45,811 nucleotides of DNA from Octopus bimaculoides (lineage: Eukaryota): positions 8,126,104 through 8,171,914 of the forward strand of contig NC_068994.1 in the NCBI RefSeq assembly GCF_001194135.2, in the 5' to 3' direction. The notes under the pieces were generated by a model that ran no database searches, was not told the origin of the DNA, and saw only the letters and a list, made by a program, of their open reading frames with translations. The position numbers and the translations under genes are program-made. Positions 23,539 to 35,284 of the stretch are shown here, in pieces (position 1 is the stretch's first letter; every line of letters begins with the position of its first letter).

Positions 23539-25335
23539 TATAAATTACAATATATATGTTGTAATTTACTTAATTACTACTGAAATACCATTATTATTTA
23601 AAGAACACCGTTCGTTTATTTAATTATAAAACTTAATACCTCAACATTAACGCAAACATTATTAAAAAGTGTAAGCGTTATAAAGGACCAATGATTTTAC
23701 GGGAAATTATTTTTCAAGTACACCGGTTAAAAAAACGTACGCTTTGCACCAGCAAGAACATCTTAAGGTATCTTACTTTGATTTCAAACACTTCTACTAG
23801 ATATATTGTTACTATTTTTATACATTTATCAAGTCAACGACCTTCCCTAGCATACTTATTCTAACAATCACCCTCTTAGGCCTATTCATTTTCCGCACAC
23901 TGCTTTTTGTTTTCACCCCTCCACAACACTAACTTTTGTTTTTTTTTCTTTCTCATTTCCTTTTTTCATATCTCTTCATTCTATTTGATACTTTTTATTA
24001 AAACACTTTTTTTTCGCAGCTATACATTCTCCCAATCTCTCTCTCTCTTTTCCTCCTTATTGCGTTTCCATCTTATCCGACATACAAGTGTACATCTTTT
24101 TCCCATTAAAATCCGTTTGAAAGAAAATCTACGGAACAAAAACCTTCAGCCCAAGGAAACCGATTTCTTACCTCAGCTTGAATGTTGTTGATAAAGCGTT
24201 TTTATCTTTGCCCTTTTCGTCCTTTTCTTCTAATTTACTGCCATAGATATATTTGGAACTTTCTCTCAACCCCCCTCTCCCTCCCTTTATTATTATTATT
24301 ATTATTTTTTTTTTTAGCTTTTGTTCATCCCTTCTGCACCTCTATACATATGTATGTCTTCAAATAAATCTGGTTGGTTTTAAAATAATCCAGACGGAAA
24401 ACTCCTTGTTAAAGATATTCTCTTCTCCTACACCTTGTCTATATATTCTCTTTTTTGTTATAGTATTTTTCTTCTAAATTCCCCAAAGAGGAATTTCATA
24501 ATTTCCGAACTTTAACGTATTTTCCGTGCATTCGATAAGATCAGAAGATCGAAACACGGCAGTGTATCACGAATAATTAAAAAAAAAAACATACATAATT
24601 TATTCCTTATGATTTTTAAGTCTTTGATTTGCCAATGGCCTCTACCCTTTCAACTCACCTAGTCTCTCTCTCTCTCAGTCCCTCTCTATCTCTCTCTCTC
24701 TCCCTCAGTCTCTCTTTCTCAGTCTCTCTGTCTGTTTGTCTCTGTCTGTCTATCTGTCTCTCTCTGTCTGTCTGTGTGTGTGTCTCTCTCTCTCTCTCTA
24801 TATATGTCTGTCTATCTATACACATACATATATGTGAATATATATATACGTATGTATACATATATATGTTGGGCTGGGCATATATAATTTGAATTAATAA
24901 TTATATATATATCCCCATTTGGAAACTGGTGCTGGTTTGTTATCGACCGAAATATTAGTACAGTTTCATGCCTTTAACGATAAAACTGAGAAGTTTGCAT
25001 ATTGGCGGCACCCGCAAAATTTGCAAAGAATTCGGGCTTCGAGCAAACAAGCCAAAACAGATTGGACGTATGAATGAACCTAATCTATCTATCTATCTAT
25101 CTATCTCCCTTTCACTCTCTCCTCTCTCTCGCTCTCTAAATTTTCACTGAAATATAAATGAATACAAGTACACACTCGCGCGCGTATACACACATTCACG
25201 CTATCTCTAAATCCTGTACACGCATGTACACCCTCAGAAACGCCCACGCTCGTGCACATACACTAAAACGGATACACGGACCCAGTTACACATTACCGTG
25301 CAGAAACTCCTATACCAATACACACACACATACAC

Positions 25336-25382
<47 letters not shown>

Positions 25383-26040
25383 CTCTTAGGGTTAGAGATG
25401 TAAATAAACATACATAAATGAAATACTTCCGCGAATTTCTATTTCTGTAACCGAAGAGCGAATAAAAAGAACAGCAAAAGTCGACAATAACCAACAGCAA
25501 CACCACCGCCACCTCAACAGCAATGGCAGCCAGAAAAATGAGACAAAAAAACAGACCTTCTGACAGGAAAATTACCAGCGANNNNNNNNNNNNNNNNNNN
25601 NNNNNGTATGGGGGGTGGGGGCTGGCGGGCGGGAAGAGGAGATGTTGGTGAAGGTGGGGGTTAATTATTCGAATTACCCACTTAACAGGTGGGAGGTGGA
25701 GGGAGTGAGTGGGTTGTCGGTTTCTATTTTTTATGAAAAAAAAAAATGTTCTGGTCCATACTAGTGATACGTCACTTAATGGCCAAATGACCAAAACTGG
25801 CTCAAGAGGACGGACGGATCTGGATGTTATATATGCATAAATATGGGTGTTTTGTGTACACACACATTGTCCAAAATGGTCGCGACTTCTGGGACTTGAC
25901 TGATGAAAGAAAGCCAAGAATGACCCGTCTTTTTTTGCCTGTCTTTCTAATTGTTCTTTCTCTTGTCCGCCTGTGTATCCTCTATCTGTCCGAACGTTTT
26001 AATGCCCTTTATTGCGTTCTTGTTTCACTTTTATATATTC

Positions 26041-26389
26041 TTTTACTTGTTTCAGTCAATTGACTGTGGCCATGCTGGAGCACCACCTTTAGTCGAACAA
26101 ATCGACACCAGGACTTATTCTATCGGTGTCTTTTGCCGAACCGCTAAGTTACGGGGACGTAAACACACCAACACAGAAAGACATACACACATGCATATAT
26201 GTATTTATTTATACACGTACACACATAAATATATACGACGGGCTTCTTTTAGTTTCCGTCTACCAAATCCACTCACAAGGCTTTTGTCGGCCTGAGGCTA
26301 TAGTAGAAGACACTTACCTAAGGTGCCACGCAGTGGGACTTAACCCGGAACCATGTGGTTGTTAAGCAATCGACTTGCCACTCCTGCGT
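26041..26389 (-). mobile_element. SINE family B, near full length with an internal deletion
   Basis: Colinear with the reverse complement of 15824-16217. Confidence 0.9.
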
Positions 26390-26390
26390 C

Positions 26391-26443
<53 letters not shown>

Positions 26444-26530
26444 ATATATATATATATATGCAACTGCACGTGGATTGTTGGCGATTTTTTTCCCTTCGTC
26501 TTCCTTTTCTCTTGGTCTTTCCTCTGTCTC

Positions 26531-26571
26531 CTGTTTTTTTGAAGAAGAGCTTTGCTCGAAACGTAAAGCAG
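26531..26571 (+). ncRNA. Hammerhead-like motif (C3-to-U variant) inside an unclassified ~350-bp sequence embedded in (TA)n (about 26459-26810)
   Basis: ttgaaga-a-gagc(ttt)gctc-gaaa-c-gta: perfect 4-bp stem II, ACGU stem III, GUA triplet; stem I is weak and the core has U at C3. Confidence 0.5.
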
Positions 26572-27228
26572 CCTTTCTTTCCTTCACTGAGCGTCTTTTA
26601 TTACTTTGCATGTACCACGTCCTCGCGTTGTTTTTTTTCTTCGTTTTGGGGATTAATTATATATATATATATTTATATATGTATGAATTTATATGCATAC
26701 GTATTTTGTATTGGAGTCGCTAATATTTGTCGGTCTCTTTTTGTCTCCTATATTTGTTTGCTGTCATTTTTTTCCTCTCTCCCCCGTGTTACAGGTCACG
26801 CTTTTTCCCCATACATCAAAGAATAAGTCCTGGGGTCGATTTCTTCGACTAAAAACCCCCACTTCATTCAAGGAAAATCCGTGCTCAGAATTCGAACACG
26901 CTATTCACTATAGTTAGCATTGCGATCAAGCAAGCAACTCACTAACCACTGGGCCATGCAGCCTAATTTCCTAGCGTCGAAGCGATATTAATTTAGAAAC
27001 ATCGCCGTAATAACACTCTTTGAAACCAGAGCTAGAATTTTGGAATCCGGCTTTTTATACCTCGACACCAAAACCAAATACCAATGTCTATATATATGAA
27101 TGTGGGGTGCAAATTGACGGTGAGCGTTCGTGCTAAAACTGCATATGACATACACAGATTAATTTGCCGCTATTTGCAGGTGTTGCTAATGTTTATGGTT
27201 CAATGGAAATTGCTTACATAGATTGATA

Positions 27229-27273
<45 letters not shown>

Positions 27274-27898
27274 NNNNNNNNNNNNNNNNNNNNNNNNNNN
27301 NNNNNNNNNNNNNNNNNNNNNNNNNNNNNNNNNNNNNNNNNNNNNNNNNNNNNNNNNNNNNNNNNNNNNNNNNGTGTGTGTGTATTTATGTATATATGTG
27401 TGTATTTATGTATGTGTATATATATGTGTATGTGCATATGTGTGCATATATATGTGTATGTGTGCATATATATATATGTGTGTGTGTGCATATGCCTGTA
27501 TGTGTGTATATATATATATATAGGTATTTGCTGCCAATAAGAACCACACATGCGTGGTAGATATTAAAAATCATAACTTATAAGCACGAGGCATGTTTCT
27601 ATGTAGTCCCTCGTATTTATCTTCTAATCTTGGCTTTCTTGCTGATGATAGCTGGCCTAGCAAATTCTTTTATTTTGCTAAAAATAGCTTGAAACCTTGG
27701 TTCAGGAAATAAATGGTAAACGTTTTTATTTTTCATTCCCTTTTGAAATTATCCCTAATTGTGGTTTGGAGTTTGACCGCTCCTTCTAGCGGGTTAGATG
27801 TCCTATTATGGACATCTCTCTTATGTGTATAAATGTACACCGTATGCATTTATATATACACACATGCACAAAGTGAGTTTGGAGGGATATCTTCTCTC

Positions 27899-27947
<49 letters not shown>

Positions 27948-28324
27948 ATTTTCGTATCTCGTACTAGTAGGTACGAATCCCTTTTGCGTATGGCGAGTCG
28001 TTGGTTCGCTTCATAGATCTGACGAACGTGTTGAAATTTGAAACTGGCCGCATATAGCTCTATTAGTCACGCAGCTTTACCGTACGAACAGGACAATTTG
28101 AACGTCAATCAGCCTAGGTTTTAACACATCTTTCACAGACTAATGATTCCCGTCTATACGTAGCTTCTTACTAAAGCTGTCTCACATGAAGTATCTCTCT
28201 CTCTCTCTAACTCTTCTTCCTCTCACTCTTTCTATCACTCTCTCTCATTTATCTCTCTCTTCTATTTCTTACTTACACTACGCCGTTCTCTGTGATTGGT
28301 TATATTGTTTCCTATCTGTATTAT

Positions 28325-28618
28325 TGGCACTCCATCGGTGACGACGACGAGGGTTCCAGTCGATCCAATCAATGAAACACCCTGCTCGTTAAATTAACGT
28401 GCAATTTAGTGGAGCACTTTACTGACATTTGTTCTCGAAACGCAATTCTCGTGGGGAGATTTAGCGTGACACAGAACGTGAGAAGGCTGGCCCTTTAAAT
28501 TACAGGTACAATTGAATTTTATCAGCCGTGTGGATTGGAACAACGTGAAATAAAGTGACTTGCTCAAGGACTCAACGCGCCGCCAGTAATCGAACTCATG
28601 GCCTCACGACCGTGAGCC
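28325..28618 (-). mobile_element. Chimeric SINE: D/E-type head and core with C-type 3' part
   Basis: Minus strand gagttcgattactgg...cttgagcaagtcactttatttcacgttgttccaatccacacggctg, then aaagggccagccttctcacgttctgtgtcacgct as in 28707-29070. Confidence 0.8.
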
Positions 28619-28659
28619 AAGACGTAAAGTCGATCCCGGTGGAATTTGAACTACTACTT

Positions 28660-28695
<36 letters not shown>

Positions 28696-28706
28696 ATTGT
28701 TGTTGT

Positions 28707-29070
28707 TGGCACTCCGTCGCTTACGACGTCGAGGGTTCCAGTTGATCCGATCAACGGAACAGCCTGCTCCTGAAATTAACGTGCAAGTGGCTGAGAACTC
28801 CACAGACACGTGTACCCTTAACGTAGTTCTCGAGAAGATTCAGCGTGACACAGTGTGACAAGGCTGACCCTTTGAATTACAGGCACAACAGAAACAGGAA
28901 GAAAGAGTGAGAGAAAGTTGTGGTGAAAGAGTACAGCAGGGTTCGCCACCATCCCTCGCCGGAGCCTCGTGGAACTTTTAGGTGTTTTCGCCTAATAAAC
29001 ACTCACAATGCCTGGTCTGGGAATCGAAACCGCGAGTCCGCTGCCCTAACCACTGGGCCATTGCGCCTCC
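28707..29070 (-). mobile_element. tRNA-derived SINE, family C, near full length
   Basis: Minus strand ggaggcgcaatggcccagtggttagggcagcggactcgcggtttcgattcccagacc; 3' part shared with 17331 and 28325. Confidence 0.88.
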
Positions 29071-29099
29071 ACACAACTCCTACTACTACTGCTAATAAT

Positions 29100-29235
29100 A
29101 ATAATGATAATAATAATAATCCTTTCTACTGGAAGCACAAGCCCTCAAATTTGTCGTGAGGGGATTAGTCGATAACCTCGACCCAATGTTTCTTTGGTAC
29201 GTAATAATTAATCGATCCCGGTGGAATTTGAACTA
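29100..29235 (-). mobile_element. SINE family A 3' part with an internal deletion
   Basis: (TAA)n-cctttctactggaagcacaagccctcaaattt...ggtggaatttgaact. Confidence 0.7.
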
Positions 29236-29249
29236 ATAATAGTAATGAT

Positions 29250-29505
29250 GATGAAGATCAGAAGGGTTTCAAGCGGAAGTAGTACCGATAATTGTCGGAG
29301 CCCTGGGAACAGTGAGTAAAAGTCTCGAAGTACGTGGAACAAATAGGGACTGCAATAGGGACTGCATTTGAAGAAAACAGCACGGTTTGGAACCGCTCGA
29401 ATAATCCGGAAGGTGCTCGAAAAATAAGCGGTGTTGCCGCAGTACATCTCCAGCGGTAGAAGCTGTGTAGAGACAATAAATAATAATGATAATAATAATG
29501 ATAAT
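29250..29505 (+). mobile_element. R4/Dong-type LINE 3' end (second subfamily) with 3' UTR and (TAA)n tail
   Basis: EVVPIIVGALGTVSKSLE / YVEQIG / KTARFGTARIIRKVLEK with stop at 29425-29427; 12-bp internal duplication aatagggactgc. Confidence 0.82.
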
Positions 29506-29648
29506 CCTTTCCACTGCAGGCACAAAGCCTAAAATTTGGATGGAGGGGGCCAATGGATTAGATCGACCCCAGTACGCAACTGCTACTTAATTTATCGACC
29601 CCCGAAAGGATGAAAAGTCAAGTCGACCTCGGCGGAATTTGAACTCAG
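29506..29648 (-). mobile_element. SINE family A 3' half, tail-to-tail with the Dong piece
   Basis: cctttccactgcaggcacaaagcc...ttatcgacccccgaaaggatgaaaagtcaagtcgacctcggcggaatttgaactcag. Confidence 0.85.
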
Positions 29649-29659
29649 CCGAAAAGTTA

Positions 29660-29733
29660 TATATCAGCCGAAAAGTTGTTAACAACAAACAAGATAGGGA
29701 CAAATATCCGTCAAATGTAAATAATGTAAATAA
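29660..29733 (+). mobile_element. SINE family F internal fragment (3' half of the hammerhead plus downstream sequence)
   Basis: tatatcagccgaaaagttgttaacaacaaacaagatagggacaaatatccgtcaaatgtaaataatgt matches the reverse complement of 36476-36546. Confidence 0.85.
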
Positions 29734-29849
29734 AGTATTGATTGCATTTAGTTAGGTGTGGTAGGTAGAAGTTAGTGGGAGTTGGTGCAAAGGTTGATGT
29801 AGGAATGGTTGAAGAACAAGAGAAAAGGAACCAGCATGGTTGTGAGACA

Positions 29850-30500
29850 AAGATTCCCGAATATCTATGACTGAATTCTTGCCTACGTACTCGAGAAACA
29901 TCTTATCCAAGCATTCAATATGCTAGCATTGTGTCGTAGGAAGTACTTGAGAGCAAGGTTTATCAATGCTGTATGATAAATTTTTCCAAAAACGAAAAAA
30001 ACTATGCTTTTAGTCATAAGTGGAGTGGAGCAATAGATGCTTAATGACGGTTACAGGATCTCTTAGGTGTGGTTCTGAGGTGGGCGTTCAGTATCAGCCT
30101 CTGTTTGTCGTTGGTTGACAAGAAGAATAACGCGTGGGGTTTCGAAGATATTTCAGAAGACTACAGTTTTGTGTAGGGGGCGAGATTGAGTCGACTGTCA
30201 CAGTAGGGATGGTGAAAGAATGATAGGTTAGGCATACGAAGGGCTTGACTGAATGTGGTTTTTCTAAGTAGTAGGTGTTAGACGCAATTATAGCTGTGGG
30301 ATACAAAAGACAGAAAAGAAACAAGACATAAATAAGCAGTCCAGTAATTTTGGTGTCTCGGTGAGTCAGTCTTCGGCAATCGGTTTGAGGGTATTCTTTT
30401 AAAGAAGTCTGTGCACCTGTTTAATGTAAATATAGAGCTGTTGTTCTGGTTATATGAACTGTATTGCGCTGTTAGCAGCTCAGTCAGATGAATATATGAT
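29850..30500 (-). mobile_element. Possible highly decayed Penelope-like ORF remnant (thumb/linker/GIY-YIG region)
   Basis: Scattered pieces in different frames: FFKRIPSNRL (cf. FxxRGYP), PFVCLTYH (cf. PlvlTYHP), NIFETP, SCNRH..CIYC; many frameshifts have to be assumed. Confidence 0.3.
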
Positions 30501-30613
30501 TGCAATGAAAGATACCGCAGATTCTTAAGACTCGTGAATCCAAATTTCAAATTTATACAAAGGTCTGTGTCCAACAAATACACTATACAAGTTATGTTGA
30601 TTTTGTTGTCGTT

Positions 30614-30781
30614 CAGTTCTATATTTAAGGGATAAGGATATACCCTCCAGCCTGCATCAGGTGTCTTGGGGATTTTTCGAACCTGGGTTCTCATTCCTAA
30701 TGTACTTTTCGATGTTAGGTGACTGCCTGGAATCGAACTTAGTAGCCCGCGCCCTGAACCACTACACCATATGCCCGTGGG
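30614..30781 (-). mobile_element. SINE family F with internal deletions
   Basis: Minus strand cccacgggcatatggtgtagtggttcagggcgcgggctactaagttcgattccaggcagtc...aagacacctgatgcaggctggagggtatatc joined directly to the 3' terminus cttatcccttaaatatagaactg. Confidence 0.88.
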
Positions 30782-31127
30782 CAATTATGGAGTGAATTTT
30801 CGGGCTTATAAATCACATATTTTCCTATCCTTCCTTAATACCGGTTCCCATATGTTATTCATATCTGCACTCGGTCTGCTTTGGAGGTTGTTGTGTCCTA
30901 GCATATGTGCTGCTTCTTTTAGTTTTCGTATTTTCCAGTGGTGTTCTGTCTATTATTTTAACTTCATCCCATAGGGGGAGGTAGTTTCCATTTTTCCATA
31001 CATGATCGTTGTAGTTAAATTGGCTCAGTTCAACACGGATTATGCAGCATTAAGATGAAAAACAATTCGACCATTAACAGTCCATTCATTATTTAAAAAA
31101 AAACAGACTTCTTATATCTAATATTCT

Positions 31128-31370
31128 GGAGGCGCATGTCTTAGTTGTAACAAATTTACACTGATGATCGTAAGATTGTGGTTTCGATTCTCAGACCAAG
31201 TGATGCGTTGTATTCTTGACCAAAACACTCCATTTCACGCTGCTCTAGTCCTCTCAGCTGGCAAAAACGAGTAAACCTGCAACTGACCGGTGTCCTGTCC
31301 ATGCAGTTTAATATATATACCACAGAATCCGGGAAACCGGCCTTATGAGTCCATGACTCGAGAAGGAGCA
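31128..31370 (+). mobile_element. SINE family E (D-type head and core, different 3' part)
   Basis: ggaggcgcatgtcttag...gtggtttcgattctcagacc...ttgtattcttgaccaaaacactccatttcacgctgctctagtcctctcagctg. Confidence 0.75.
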
Positions 31371-31379
31371 ACTATATAC

Positions 31380-31729
31380 GTGGCTGTGTGGTAAGTAGCT
31401 TGCTTACCAACCACATGGTTCCGGGTTCAGTCCCACTGCGTGGCACCTTGGGTGCAAGTGTCTTTTACTATAGCCTCGGGCCGACCAAAGCCTTGTGAGT
31501 GGATTTGGTAGACGGAAACTGAAAGAAGCCCGTCGTATATATGTTTGTTTGTGTGTCTGTGTTTGTCCCCGCCAACATTGCTTGACAATCGATGCTGGTG
31601 TGTTTACGTCCTCTAACCTAGCAGTTCGGCAAAAGTGATCGATAGAATAAGTACTAGGCTGGGGGGTCGATTTGCTCGACTAAAGGCGGTGCTCCAGCAT
31701 GGCCGCAGTCAAATGACTGAAACAAGTAA
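31380..31729 (+). mobile_element. SINE family B, young-looking copy directly behind the family E copy
   Basis: Colinear with 15824-16217. Confidence 0.92.
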
Positions 31730-31780
31730 GCGAATGAAAATAAAACTATATATTCATACATAGATAGATAGAGAGAGCGC

Positions 31781-31824
<44 letters not shown>

Positions 31825-32006
31825 CAAATACGCGATACCCAACTCATGTACTGCTCTGTGAACTTAGCATAAGATCCGATGCAAGTCAATAACCTCTTTA
31901 CAATGGATATTGGCGATTAATTGGTTTGAAACAGGGGATTAGGGCCGGTTCTGAAGCCTACATCTAAGATAAACCCAGATACACAAACACACACACGCGT
32001 ACTCAC

Positions 32007-32237
32007 CAACACGCAACAAAACACATTACAAGGGTCTCTATTTCACTACCTTTCAGTTCTAATTCGTCGTGGCCCTTCATCATAAACGCACTGGAATGGC
32101 TAATTTCAGACATTCTTTTCAATCGTTGAAAGCAAACCGCGAGCATGATATCGAAAGTCATTAACCCGAAACGATTGTCCCATATAACAGCTTTCTTTGG
32201 TGCTGGTGATGGTGGTAATGGAGGTGTGTGGGACATG
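32007..32237 (-). CDS. Candidate coding exon (MSHTPPLPPSPAPKKAVIWDNRFGLMTFD...LVMCFVAC), product unknown
   Basis: Minus-strand ctacag| acceptor and consensus tg|gtgagt donor bound a 231-nt open frame; the polypyrimidine tract is poor and no domain is recognised. Confidence 0.3.
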
Positions 32238-32412
32238 CTGTAGTTTACATTTATATTTGTATACGTTTAAGTGAGTTCTGTGTATTTGTTTGCGTGCATG
32301 GCTCTGTGTGTGCGTGCGTGTGTGTGTGTGTGTGTGTAAGGTTGTATATATATTTATGTATGCGTATGAGTTTATATATGCATGAACGTATCTTAGAATG
32401 CAGGGCCGTATG

Positions 32413-32446
<34 letters not shown>

Positions 32447-32785
32447 ATATATATATATAGGGTTAGGGTTAGACGTTTGAAGACTCCTTGAGCTGTTTCC
32501 AACCATAAACTCGTCCCGAAGTGAGATAAAAATGAATTCTAATTCATCATTGTTCCATTGAGCCAAAGATCACTTCCGATAGTCTAGAAACCATATTTTC
32601 CCTACTGATGTGAAATAGCAGTCAAATCGAAGGATGCTTCATGATTGTCTGAAACGGAAGTCTGTAGCTTTTTTTTTTCTAAGTGACCATTTACCGGATG
32701 TAGTCCAGGAATACCGTATCAGATACTAGATCAACACTCGATTGCTGATCTCACCTCAACTTTGTAAATTCCGTGTGTCTTAAAC

Positions 32786-33044
32786 CAGGGGTTTTCAAAC
32801 TTTTTGACTTATATTTCAGGCTTTACTTATGAAATTTATACATAAATATTTGCTTAAAATAACATTTTTACATTTATTTATTTAACAGTATTTAACAAAT
32901 AGGTTTATTGTCAATTAAAAGATTTCGATTAAAAAAACATATATAAAATCAAATTGCCCATAAAAAGTATTTGCTGTCCACGGACCCCCTGTCTTGTCCT
33001 TGCGGACCCCCTGTAGTCCACGGACCACAGTTTGTAAACCCCTG
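32786..33044. mobile_element. Non-autonomous hAT element (MITE), 259 bp
   Basis: 16-bp TIRs caggggttttcaaact / agtttgtaaacccctg (15 of 16 match); 8-bp TSD tcttaaac (32778-32785) / tcctaaac (33045-33052). Confidence 0.87.
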
Positions 33045-33499
33045 TCCTAAACGATACTTGGTTACTATTTCTAACACATAAAGCAACAGCATAGAGGCTC
33101 ACTCTCCCCACCTCTCTCACTGGTATTCGATAACAGATACGTATTCCACGAGAGCATTGGAGTAAATACGTTTAATTTTTTTTTTATCGGGTACTTACAT
33201 AAGATCCACTGCTCATGTCGTTTCTAGATCGATCCCTCGCTTATCTTTAGCGTCAGCAGGAATCAATCGGGGCCTGCACACAAAACATCAGCTGAGGGAG
33301 ATTGCCAGTGTGTAGCAACCGGCCAACATGCCTGTTGAGGAATAATTGGGCGAGCGGTGAAGTGTTTAGGGCGCCACAATTGTTGAGAGAGAGAGAGTCG
33401 AGCTGTTGAAATGACGAACGGAAGAGGAAGTGGTACGAGAGAACTGGGTGGGCATGAATAGAAGATAGAAACGAAATACTATCAGAGGAATTGAATATA

Positions 33500-34035
33500 C
33501 GTCAAGGCCTGTACGTATGTGTAGGATGATATGTGTGTACGTGTGTGTGCGTAGACATATATAAATATACACACATGCATACATATGTGTGTGTATATAT
33601 ATGTATATACGTATATGTGTGTGTATATATATATGTGTGTGTATATATATATGTGTGTGTGTATATATGTGTGTGTATATATGTGTGTGTGTGTATATAT
33701 GTGTGTGTGTGTATATATATGTGTGTGTGTGTATATATGTGTGTGTGTGTATATATGTGTGTGTGTGTGTATATATGTGTGTGTGTGTATATATGTGTGT
33801 GTGTATATATGTGTGTGTGTGTATATGTGTGTGTGTGTATATGTGTGTGTGTGTATATATGTGTGTGTGTGTATATATGTGTGTGTGTATATATGTGTGT
33901 GTATATATGTGTGTGTGTATATATATGTGTGTGTGTGTGTATATATATGTGTGTGTGTGTATATATATGTGTGTGTGTGTGTATATATATGTGTGTGTGT
34001 GTGTATATATATGTGTGTGTGTGTGTATATATATG

Positions 34036-34068
<33 letters not shown>

Positions 34069-34160
34069 ATATATGTGTGTGTGTGTGTGTATATATGTGT
34101 GTGTGTGTATATATGTGTGTGTGTGTATATATATATACATATACGTATATATCTGTACAC
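33500..34160. repeat. (TG)n(TA)m compound satellite, about 600 bp
   Basis: Direct reading; source of the long YTHTH/CVCVY ORFs. Confidence 0.95.
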
Positions 34161-34758
34161 AGATAGATAGAAAAAAATGAGAAAGAGGAGAGGAAGACGA
34201 CGGTAAAGACGAAAAGCAAGTTGAAATCTAAGTATAGACAGACAAAGAGACGAAAACCGAAAATAGATCCTAAATTGAATCCGTACACTTGACTTTCCTT
34301 CCTATAACATTCATTAGTTGCGTGGGATGTGTCTTTCCTTTATGCCATTTATCATATCTTCTTTGTGTGTCTTGTACCAGAACCGACTTACCTATTAGCC
34401 ACATGTGTCGACAGCAATATCTTACAGACAGAATGAACAGAAATCTCTTTAATGAGAATTTTATCATAATAATAATAATAATAATAAATTATCATGTACA
34501 TTGTTTTGTCTTGGTATAAAAAGATGGGCTAAAGCAAATATTCTGCTTAATACCACAGATTTGCTAGTTAGTTGTTTGACCTTAATCAGTTGAGCATGTC
34601 CCTTTGTGGCTGACGATATGTACATCTCTGATCGTGAGCAGAGGTAGTGGCGGAGCATCATAGCCATGTGTTGAGAGGAGTTCTTTGGGGTTTGAATAAT
34701 TCACCTTTGGAAACATGGGTGTTTTGCTCAACATCCTTAAACGAACCTTATTGAGGGA

Positions 34759-34898
34759 GATCCGCCGAGGTCGACTTTGCCTTTCATCCTTTCGGGGTCG
34801 ATGAAATAAGTACCATTTGAGAACTGGGATCGAGATAATCGACTTACCCGCTTCCCTGAAATTGCTGGCATTGTGCCAAAATTTGAAAGCAATATTTA
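34759..34898 (+). mobile_element. SINE family A 3' half
   Basis: tccgccgaggtcgactttgcctttcatcctttcggggtcgatgaaataagtacc. Confidence 0.85.
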
Positions 34899-35131
34899 CG
34901 ATGGTGATGATGGTTATCATGATGCTGGTAATTTCGTTTGTTTTTTGTATTGTTGTTGCTCTTTTGTGCTTCACGCTCTTTCGTTACGTTTGCCTTCCCT
35001 CCCTCCCTTTCACTTTGTTTCTATCTTTCTCTCTCTCTCTTCTCCCCCTCTTTGTTCTATTCATTTCAATGAGCATTTCTCTGTATATTAGATTCTCCAT
35101 TGTGTAGATTATCTTTAATCCCCCTTCATAA

Positions 35132-35200
<69 letters not shown>

Positions 35201-35227
35201 NNNNNNNNNNNNNNNNNNNNNNNNNNN

Positions 35228-35284
<57 letters not shown>

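Noticed and set aside
29659-30640. A single simple inversion splitting one family F copy
   Set aside because: The 30614-30781 copy still has its own 3' terminus in the original orientation, so one inversion cannot explain the layout. It is kept as a more complex rearrangement in the findings.
32456-32472. ggttagggttag telomere-like repeat
   Set aside because: Only about two units, next to a TA tract; expected by chance.
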